Source of the DNA: Leptonemataceae bacterium
GTDB taxonomy: Bacteria; Spirochaetota; Leptospiria; Leptospirales; Leptonemataceae
Length of the DNA stretch: 64,000 bases
NCBI GenBank assembly: GCA_965227295.1
Contig: OZ245742.1
Location: forward strand, 5,504,001 to 5,568,000
Reading direction: 5' to 3'
Below the pieces are notes generated by a model. The model searched no databases. It was not told where the DNA came from and saw only the letters and a list, made by a program, of their open reading frames with translations. A program made the position numbers and the translations under genes. Within the stretch, counting starts at the first letter, position 1; each line of letters starts with the position of its first letter. Positions 48,664 through 56,415 of the stretch are shown in pieces.

Positions 48664-49839
48664 TCAAGATACGAGCATGTCCCGCACTGACCTGCGCGGG
48701 GCCTTGAAGCTTTCGCTTCCGCGCCCGAGCCGCACGATCATCTGCACGCGACCCCGGATTCCGAGCTGTGCATTGAATTCCTTTTGCAGATCGGCCATCT
48801 CCGGGTATTCCTGTAGAACCTGGCTCAGGGGATGCATGCGCAAACCCACGGCGGTCACCGCCAGTTGCAGACGCGCGTAGTCCCGCCCGGTCTTGACCCA
48901 GTCCGTTTGTGTATTGTTTTGCGTTTCGAGATATGCGAAGGCCTTTGAGCTCTCCACGGTCTCCTTCCACGACGTGAGATACATCTGCTTGTTCGATTCG
49001 TCGTGCCACTCCTCTTTGCTGCGACCCACAAAGGTCTGCGCCAGGATTCGTTTGAACGTACTCATGCCGGCCGTGCGCCAGGAAATCCCATCGCGCTTCT
49101 CGTAGATTTCCTCGTCGTTGTAGCGAAACCAGATGCGACTTTCTTCGTAGGTATCATGCGTAAGAACTTCAATCTGCATCCCTTTATCGAAGATGTCGTG
49201 CAGACTCTTGAGTTCAGCCGGCGTATTCACGGTCTTCAGTTGCGCATGCGTCGGGCCCATGAGTTGCTCGATGCGTGCGAACTCCGCATCCGTAACGTGC
49301 GGTCCGTCATACGGGGTGCGGTCCGTCAGACGCCGTGAGATCTGTTTGTACAGCGGGTCTTTGTCTGTACTGTTCCCGGAAACCAACCGAATGCGCGCCA
49401 CGGGCTTACGTCCGACGTCCCGCAGTGGGTACTCACCCTCGGGGAAATAAGTGACCTCGGCCGTGCTGCCCATCTCTCGCGCGCCGATCGCCAGGTGTTC
49501 GAGGAAGGTCCCGCAGCCGATGTGGATCTGCCGCGCGGGGGGATCCGTTTCGGGCAACAGCCGGTTCTCATCGACGTAAAGCAGTGCTTCAGTATCGCCG
49601 CGCAGTCGAAACTTCCAGGACTGCGTGTTGTGCGGATTCGGCGCGGTAATGCCGCAGTTGATGGCTCGCAGGATGGGCTCCTGCATTCCACTGGCAGCGG
49701 CGTTTTCGAGGGGATCCGCTGCGCCCGAACCAGCCAGACGTCCCCGTCCCGTTGCGCATCCCCCCAGGAAGGCCGGCATGGTGAGCATGGCGCCCGTTGC
49801 CATGGCTCCTTTCAGAAAGGTCTTTCGATTGTATTGCAT
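48664..49839 (-). CDS. Acg-family FMN-binding nitroreductase-like protein with a Tat-like leader
   Basis: APNPHNTQSW, LLPETDP, RRLTDR, HPLSQVLQEY and RLGR; N-terminus NRKTFLKG. Confidence 0.85.
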   Translation of the reverse strand: MQYNRKTFLKGAMATGAMLTMPAFLGGCATGRGRLAGSGAADPLENAAASGMQEPILRAINCGITAPNPHNTQSWKFRLRGDTEALLYVDENRLLPETDPPARQIHIGCGTFLEHLAIGAREMGSTAEVTYFPEGEYPLRDVGRKPVARIRLVSGNSTDKDPLYKQISRRLTDRTPYDGPHVTDAEFARIEQLMGPTHAQLKTVNTPAELKSLHDIFDKGMQIEVLTHDTYEESRIWFRYNDEEIYEKRDGISWRTAGMSTFKRILAQTFVGRSKEEWHDESNKQMYLTSWKETVESSKAFAYLETQNNTQTDWVKTGRDYARLQLAVTAVGLRMHPLSQVLQEYPEMADLQKEFNAQLGIRGRVQMIVRLGRGSESFKAPRRSVRDMLVS

Positions 49840-49871
49840 CTTGTTCCTCCCGGCCCGGCAAACGCGGACCA

Positions 49872-49914
49872 TTTGTATCCGAATGGTTACTTATTGTAAC
49901 CATATGGATACAAA
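49872..49914. promoter_or_regulatory. Candidate double TetR operator
   Basis: tttgtatccgaatggttac-ttatt-gtaaccatatggatacaaa: a 17/19 inverted repeat in which each half is itself near-palindromic. Confidence 0.65.
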
Positions 49915-50058
49915 ACAAGCCTTTTTTTTTCGGGGGAGGACCGAGACCACAGCATAAGCAATGCCTTCGCATTATTGACAGGCGTTCCGGACCGCGGTTG
50001 GCGGCAAATATGATCCACGCACGCGCGAACATTTTCGAGGATAAGCCAGGCGAACCGA

Positions 50059-50679
50059 TCAGACTTCCCGCAATCGCCGCAACACACCGCGCACCAGAAA
50101 CAACGCCGCGCCACAGTACAATACCAGTCCCAATGTGCGCACCGGAATTGCCGCGCCGTTGCCGAACAACACCACGCCGACGACCCACAGCCAAACCGCC
50201 GCACGCGGCAGCGCCGTGCGTTTCGTAAGATCCAACGCCAGCAACACGAATCCGATCGCGAGCAACGCACCGGACGTCGCCAGCGGTACCATCACACGCA
50301 AATCACCGAACACCAGCGCGCCGTCGAGCGACACCAGCTCCGGAGCATGCGCGGCCGCCACCGGCCACAAGAACGTTTCGTAGTATTGAATTGCGGCGAA
50401 GAGCACCACACCTATCTCCGCCACGATGAGTCCCGCAAAACCGATCGAGCGCGCGGCTTCGACGCGAAACAGAAACAGCGCGGGCAACGACACGGCCCAC
50501 AGCAAACACGCCACGAGACCGATGACGTTGACGGGCAACCATAACTCGTGGCGCACGAGATCCTCAAACGGGCCCGTCACCGGCAACACCAGGCCGACGG
50601 CGAACCACCAGACGATCAGAAGTAACGTAGAGATGAGATACAGGATGGTTAAGATACGGAGGTATGACTCTGTGCGCAT
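50059..50679 (-). CDS. Hypothetical polytopic membrane protein
   Basis: About six TM segments. Start taken at ATG 50679 (MRTESYL). Confidence 0.75.
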   Translation of the reverse strand: MRTESYLRILTILYLISTLLLIVWWFAVGLVLPVTGPFEDLVRHELWLPVNVIGLVACLLWAVSLPALFLFRVEAARSIGFAGLIVAEIGVVLFAAIQYYETFLWPVAAAHAPELVSLDGALVFGDLRVMVPLATSGALLAIGFVLLALDLTKRTALPRAAVWLWVVGVVLFGNGAAIPVRTLGLVLYCGAALFLVRGVLRRLREV

Positions 50680-50741
50680 GGGATCGATATCACAGAATGC
50701 GCCGGAGTACACAAGTTGAAATTGCGGCCAACGTCTTCGAG

Positions 50742-51452
50742 AGAAACGCCACCATAGATGAGTCGCACAACCAGCGCCCGGGTCGAAGTTAGCGTTCATA
50801 GCAAAACGACTATCCACAACATTTCTGAAGTCGGACAGGCCCCGGCTTATCCCTTAATCTCGCTGAAGCGAGATTAAGGCTCCCGCTCAGCCGCAGCCAA
50901 AGAATCCCCTTCAAAGTTTGGCGACTTACTCTTTTTTCTACGGCAAACGCAACGAACCACAGCTCTTGAACTACCGGAAACGCTCGGACAGTTCGCGCAC
51001 GCCCCGAATCGTGATGTAAGTTGCGGCCAGTTTGCATTAAGGCTTTTTTGGGTACGGCTGGTTCCAGCAGATGAACGGAGGTCATGCCGGGGAATATGGT
51101 AAGGCGCACCGGAACGGCGTCTCCGTCGTAAGAAACGTTCCGATCGCTGAGTCACAAACCGACGTCCGGGTCGAGGCGGACAATCTTTGCAAAACGAATC
51201 ACCACAACTCCCGCTCAGCCGTAGCCAAATGAATCCCTTCACCATTGCGCAACTCACCTTGTGTGTCTCACGGCAAATGCCGCGAACTACAGCTCTTGAA
51301 CTACCGGAAACGTTTTATTCATTCGCGGACGCCTCGAATCGTGATGTAAGTTGCGGCCAGTTTGCATTAAGGCTTTTATGGTCACAACCGGTTCCAGCTG
51401 ACGAACGGAGGTTGTGCCGGGGAATGTACTAAGGCGCACCGGAACGGCGTCT
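50742..51452. repeat. Diverged tandem repeat of a ~330-nt non-coding unit (two copies)
   Basis: 50742-50820 resembles 51131-51208, and 50881-51122 resembles 51209-51452. There is a 43-nt identical block, and copy 1 carries a 60-nt insertion. Confidence 0.9.
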
Positions 51453-51517
51453 TCACCCCGGAAAAACGACACTTTCGCTTGCAGAACCATCGGCCTCGGG
51501 CAATCTGCGAGTTAGCA

Positions 51518-52159
51518 ATGCCTCCCGATACATCCGAACGCTTTCGGGTCCAGGGGCCCTCCCGCGCCCTGCGGCGCTATGTGTGGTTCATGTTGCCCCT
51601 GGTATGGGGCCTCTTCAGTAGCCTGGGTCTGCTGGATTTCGATCTTTCGCGCAAACAGATCCCGAAGGCTCCCCTTCCCGGGGCACCGGGGTGGAACCCG
51701 TGCGCAAACATTGATTGGGAGAGAACGGCGCAGGATTATCAGCTCGGCGTGAGCCCCCTCGAAGATTCCGTGATCTATCGCTATCGTGTCGGCCGTCTGA
51801 AAGATCTTCATTTCCGCGCTGCGTACGTATTCAAGAGCCGCAGGGATCGCCCGCTACAGTTCATCCAGGTTCGTTTTCCCGTGAAACTCATCGAGCCGTC
51901 GTTCCTCGATGCACTCAGCGAGCGTAAGGCCGTGGCCCGGCGCAGAATTCAGGCTGAACTCGACGAAGCCATGGAGGCCCCCGCCACAACCGGGCGGCGA
52001 CAGGGTGATCCTGCCTGGGATCGCGTAACACGCACCCGCGTCAGCGCCTGGGGCGATGCAAGCACGCGATGTTTCCTTCTGAACCGGGACGAAGTGCTCC
52101 CGAAACTGAAATCCACGAATAGCGACGACATCTATCTCCAGGTCGAACCGCGCCATTGA
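51518..52159 (+). CDS. Hypothetical membrane-anchored protein
   Basis: One N-terminal hydrophobic segment followed by a soluble domain; no motif recognised. Confidence 0.7.
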   Translation: MPPDTSERFRVQGPSRALRRYVWFMLPLVWGLFSSLGLLDFDLSRKQIPKAPLPGAPGWNPCANIDWERTAQDYQLGVSPLEDSVIYRYRVGRLKDLHFRAAYVFKSRRDRPLQFIQVRFPVKLIEPSFLDALSERKAVARRRIQAELDEAMEAPATTGRRQGDPAWDRVTRTRVSAWGDASTRCFLLNRDEVLPKLKSTNSDDIYLQVEPRH

Positions 52160-52198
52160 TTGACTTGACCCCCGTCCCCGTCGTCCCACACTGAACCC

Positions 52199-53464
52199 GT
52201 GTCGAGCACCACGGGACAGCTCTATCGCATCACAACGTTCGGCGAGTCGCACGGCCCGGGCGTCGGCTGCGTCATTGACGGAGTGCCCGCCGGCGTGCCG
52301 ATTGATCCGGCCGTCATCCAGCATCAGCTCACGCGACGCCGGCCCGGGCAGAGCCGGTTGACCACGCCCCGCAAAGAAGCCGACGAACTCGAGATCTTGA
52401 GCGGCGTCTACAACGGCCGCTCCCTCGGCACACCCATCGCCGTCCTCGTACGCAACACGAACAACAAGGGCAAAGACTACGATCGCTGGGCGCGGGTCTA
52501 CCGCCCGTCCCACGCCGACTATACCTATCACATCAAACACGGCTATCGCACGCCCCACGGCGGCGGACGCGCGTCCGTGCGCGAGACCATCGGACGCGTC
52601 GCGGCCGGAGCGCTGGCCGAACAAATCTTGCGCAACGATCTCGGCATCGAAATCCTCGCCTGGGTCGAGAGTATCGCCGGGGTCAGCACACCGATTTACC
52701 GTCAGTTGTTAAAGGATCCTGGCACCGCGCAGTACGACGACTTCCTGCAACGCGAGGCCGTCGACGCGTCCCTGGTACGCTGTCCCGATCCCGCCGTAAG
52801 CGATCACATGATTCAAATCATAGACGAGGCGCGCAAAGAAGGCAACAGCCTGGGCGGCACGATCGCTTTGCTCGTCCGCAATGTACCGCCGGGCCTCGGC
52901 GAGCCGGTCTTCGATAAGCTCGAGGCGGAACTGGGCAAGGCCTGCCTCAGCATCTCGGCGTGCAAGGGCTTCGAAAGCGGCAGCGGCTTCGACGGAACGC
53001 GCATGTTCGGCAGCGACCACAACGATCTCTTCTACAACACAAACGATCCCGACGCCGGCGCGGCGGAGACGATCGCCGACGGCAGCCCGGTGAACTACCA
53101 CACCGTGCCGGACCTGCGCACGCATACGAATCGCTCCGGCGGCATCCAGGGCGGCATCACCAACGGCATGCCCGTCCTGCTGCGCCTGGCCTTCAAGCCC
53201 GTGGCGACCATTCAGCAATTCCAGGAAACCGTAAATGAATTCGGCGAAACCGAGGAGCTCCGGCCCGGCGGACGCCACGATCCGTGCGTGCTGCCCCGGG
53301 CCGTGCCCATCGTGGAAACCGTCGTAGCCAACGTACTCATGGACATGTACCTGCGCCAGCGCGCGGCGAACCCGAACTGGTGGGAACGCTACGCCCGCCC
53401 GGAAGCCCGGCAGCAGCTCGATCATCTCGCCGACCGGCCGGTGCCGGATGGAGTGCAATCGTGA
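52199..53464 (+). CDS. aroC: Chorismate synthase
   Basis: TFGESHG, RPSHAD, GGGRASVRET, GGIQGGITNG and GRHDPC. Confidence 0.97.
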   Translation: MSSTTGQLYRITTFGESHGPGVGCVIDGVPAGVPIDPAVIQHQLTRRRPGQSRLTTPRKEADELEILSGVYNGRSLGTPIAVLVRNTNNKGKDYDRWARVYRPSHADYTYHIKHGYRTPHGGGRASVRETIGRVAAGALAEQILRNDLGIEILAWVESIAGVSTPIYRQLLKDPGTAQYDDFLQREAVDASLVRCPDPAVSDHMIQIIDEARKEGNSLGGTIALLVRNVPPGLGEPVFDKLEAELGKACLSISACKGFESGSGFDGTRMFGSDHNDLFYNTNDPDAGAAETIADGSPVNYHTVPDLRTHTNRSGGIQGGITNGMPVLLRLAFKPVATIQQFQETVNEFGETEELRPGGRHDPCVLPRAVPIVETVVANVLMDMYLRQRAANPNWWERYARPEARQQLDHLADRPVPDGVQS

Positions 53465-53754
53465 AGACTATTCTGCCTGTGCTGCGTACGATCCGCCGCT
53501 TTATTCCGCGCATTTCTTTGCCGGCGGTATTGCTCATCCTGGCACTGCTCTGGAACGGCTGCGGCAACACCTTCGAATCGCAGTCGTGTCTCCGCGGCTG
53601 CGACGACGATCACGACATCTGTCTCATCACCGGCGCGCTCTACAGCCGCACGCCGGACGGCTACGCCTCCTCCTGGTCGCTGCTGTTCCTGGGCTGCCAG
53701 TCCGCGTACTACGTCTGTCAGGATACGTGCAACGGCGGTACGTCGCGACTCTGA
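53461..53754 (+). CDS. Small Cys-rich lipoprotein
   Basis: GTG start overlaps the aroC stop (GTGA); signal ending LWNGC; Cx3Cx6C...Cx6Cx3C. Confidence 0.7.
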   Translation: MKTILPVLRTIRRFIPRISLPAVLLILALLWNGCGNTFESQSCLRGCDDDHDICLITGALYSRTPDGYASSWSLLFLGCQSAYYVCQDTCNGGTSRL

Positions 53755-53847
53755 AAAACGCTTGCGATACGAATGCACGGGGCGGCTCATTCAAATCATC
53801 ACTTTCGCCGGTCCGTCCGGCTCGCTTTGTTTTACGAGTTACTCTTT

Positions 53848-55113
53848 ATGAAATCATATAAAAAATATCTTACCACCTGCGTCCCGGTCGCGCTGGCGTT
53901 CGTCGCGGCCTGCGGCGAAGAGAAGTTGCCGCCTCTGAATCCGGAGAAACTCTTCGCGGAAACCGAAGAGGCCATCGAGGAATACTACTATTTTCCGCCC
54001 GGCACCGGCTGGACGAAGAGCGGCATCTATACCGCCGCCATCAGCGCCGCCAATGCCGACAGTGACATCCAGCGCCCGGGCAATCGCAAACTGCTGGTGG
54101 AGTACCTGCAATCCCTGCCCGCCGAAGACGGCACCCGCCGCACGAAAACCTACGCTGCCCTGGGGGCGTTGCTCAGCGCGTTGCCCGCGGGCTACAACTC
54201 GTTCACGAAACCCGAAAGCCTGGAGTGGTCCCGGGATCCTTCGCGCGGCGCCGGCGTGGGCCTGGTCATCCGCATGGAACAAACGGGACGGTTCTATGCC
54301 GTGGATACCCTGGAAGGATCTTCATCGTACCGCGCGGGCATGGAACCGGGGCGCTACATTTCTAAGATCGACGGCACGTCAGTTAAGAACATGGACCTCG
54401 AAGAAGTCGTCGGACGGATTCGCGGGCCGGCGGATACCGAGGTCGTCATCGAGTACGACACCGGCAAGAGCTACAATCTCGTTCGCGGCGAGGTCAGCTT
54501 TCGCAATCTTCTGAACGCGTCCTGGGAACTCCCCGGCGGCGCGAAGGCCGAGTACATCATGCTCCGCTCCACCCTGGCGGATACCGTCGGCCAGGTGCGC
54601 GGCCTCATCTCGCGCATCGGCGCGCGCAAGGCCCTCATCCTGGATCTGCGACGATTGCATCACGGCGACTACGAAAACTGCTTCGGCGTCGCGAATCTAT
54701 TCGTGCGCACCGGCTCCCTGGGCGGCATGCGCTTCAAGGAACGCGAGCCGGTGGAGTTCGTGGCCAACTCGGAAAAGATTTTCGGCGGCCGGCTCTACAT
54801 CATCCTCGGCGAAAACGCCTCTCCCTTCGCGGAGGTACTGGCGGCGGCCCTGTCGGTATCCCCGGAGGCGAAACTCGTCGGCGCCCGGGGAGGCGGGCGC
54901 GCCTTCGTCTCGCAGATTCGCGAACTGGCCGGCGGCGTGGAACTCACGCTGACCGAGGGACTGGTCCTCGGTCCCAACGGCGACGCCCTGTATCAGTCCG
55001 GAGTGCCGGTGGACGTCAGCATCAAATCACCGCCGCCTAAAAATCCGCCCCTGGCCGCTCCGGATCTCGCGGACCCCGTCCAGGCCTATCTCGCCAGAGA
55101 GCTGGGACTCTGA
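53848..55113 (+). CDS. S41/CtpA-like PDZ lipoprotein, catalytic site degenerate
   Basis: Lipobox FVAAC, PDZ motif GVGLVI...IRGPADTEV, ALILDLR and GVPVDV. Confidence 0.8.
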   Translation: MKSYKKYLTTCVPVALAFVAACGEEKLPPLNPEKLFAETEEAIEEYYYFPPGTGWTKSGIYTAAISAANADSDIQRPGNRKLLVEYLQSLPAEDGTRRTKTYAALGALLSALPAGYNSFTKPESLEWSRDPSRGAGVGLVIRMEQTGRFYAVDTLEGSSSYRAGMEPGRYISKIDGTSVKNMDLEEVVGRIRGPADTEVVIEYDTGKSYNLVRGEVSFRNLLNASWELPGGAKAEYIMLRSTLADTVGQVRGLISRIGARKALILDLRRLHHGDYENCFGVANLFVRTGSLGGMRFKEREPVEFVANSEKIFGGRLYIILGENASPFAEVLAAALSVSPEAKLVGARGGGRAFVSQIRELAGGVELTLTEGLVLGPNGDALYQSGVPVDVSIKSPPPKNPPLAAPDLADPVQAYLARELGL

Positions 55114-55301
55114 GAAGGCGACGCAAAGGAACGCGTCCAAACGGCGCGAGCACGAACAATATGCGCACCCCCGCGGAACAAAACTGAGCGCCAGGAACGC
55201 CGGGATCGTAGCGGAATCCGCTACAAACGATTCGTGGGCCTACCGCGAGCTGTGTACAATTTTTGAATTGCCTGCACATTCTCTCGCGATTCCATAGTCC
55301 C

Positions 55302-56384
55302 ATGAGCGCACAAACTTTAGATTCTTTACAATTAGAGCATGACCGCCCCATCGCCGCCGAAGACCTGCTGGAACAATACCGCTTCGCCATCGACAAGAGC
55401 ACCATCCTGTCGAAAACGGATTCGAAGGGATTCATTACCTACGCCAACGACGAGTTCTGCCGCATCTCGAAGTACCGCCTGGACGAACTCATCGGTCAAC
55501 GTCACAACATCGTGCGCCATCCGAACATGTCCAAAGAAGCGTTTCGCGAACTGTGGGATACCATCCGCGGACACCGGGCCTGGCACGGCGTAATTGAAAA
55601 CCGCGCCAGGGACGACTCCAGCTACTGGGTAAAAACCACGGTCATTCCCATCATCGGCTCCGGCGGCGAGATCCGCGAACACATCGCCATCCGCAGCGAT
55701 ATCACCGAACAAATCAACGCTCAGCAGCAGTTAGAGCGCGTCCTGGAAGCCACGAGCCGTTTCGTGCCGGAACGTTTCCTGCAACTCCTGGAGCGCGGCG
55801 ATATCGCCGAGGCCCGGCTGGGCGACTCCCGCATGGTGGACGTGACCGTACTCTTCGCCGACATCCGCGGTTTCACCACCATGTCCGAACAGCGTAATCC
55901 GGACGAAATCCTGCACGACCTCAACGCTTTCTATGCGCACATCAATCCGGCAATCCACGATCACGGCGGCGTCATCGACAAGTACGTCGGGGATGCGATC
56001 ATGGCGCTGTTCCCGGAACCGTCCCAGGCCCTCGTCGGCGCCCGGGCCATGCTCCGCCAGCTCGAAGATTTGAACGACCTGCGGCGGAGTGCGGATCTGC
56101 TGCCGTTCAAGATCGGCATCGGCCTGCATACGGGGCGGGTCATCCTCGGAACGGTGGGAACGGAGAACCGGGTGAGTACGACCGTGCTGGGCGACGCCGT
56201 AAACGTGGCCGCCCGCCTGGAGCAATCCACCAAGCGGGTGGACTACGATATCCTGGCTTCGGAGGCCACCATCGCCCTCATTCAGGACCGGACGGACATG
56301 GAACGACTGGGCCGGGTTCAACTGCGCGGACGCCGGGAACCGATTACGGTTTACGGGATCCGTTCCGAAACGCGAAACACATAA
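55302..56384 (+). CDS. PAS-domain class III adenylate/guanylate cyclase
   Basis: PAS motif ITYANDEFC...HNIVRHP...YWV; cyclase motifs [15 protein letters not shown] and GDAVNVAARLE. Confidence 0.92.
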   Translation: MSAQTLDSLQLEHDRPIAAEDLLEQYRFAIDKSTILSKTDSKGFITYANDEFCRISKYRLDELIGQRHNIVRHPNMSKEAFRELWDTIRGHRAWHGVIENRARDDSSYWVKTTVIPIIGSGGEIREHIAIRSDITEQINAQQQLERVLEATSRFVPERFLQLLERGDIAEARLGDSRMVDVTVLFADIRGFTTMSEQRNPDEILHDLNAFYAHINPAIHDHGGVIDKYVGDAIMALFPEPSQALVGARAMLRQLEDLNDLRRSADLLPFKIGIGLHTGRVILGTVGTENRVSTTVLGDAVNVAARLEQSTKRVDYDILASEATIALIQDRTDMERLGRVQLRGRREPITVYGIRSETRNT

Positions 56385-56415
56385 GATCCGCACCGCAGAG
56401 CGCCCGGGCGCGGGC

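Noticed and set aside
50881..51452. Tandem unit as a DGR template/variable repeat pair
   Set aside because: Differences are not confined to adenines on either strand, indels are present, and there is no reverse transcriptase in the window.
50742..51452. Tandem T-box or cobalamin riboswitch upstream of aroC
   Set aside because: No T-box GGTGGNACCGCG-type sequence or B12-box/GGGAA core was found, and another gene intervenes before aroC.
50810..51490. Short ORFs within the tandem repeat (50810-51109, 50874-51257, 51187-51432, 51287-51490)
   Set aside because: Stops and frames differ between the copies. One + frame is open in the 3' half of both, but copy 1 lacks a start, so I did not call it.
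52165..52201. Leaderless promoter for aroC (ttgacc-16-cacact, 6 nt before GTG)
   Set aside because: Plausible, but the match is weak and cannot be supported without TSS data.
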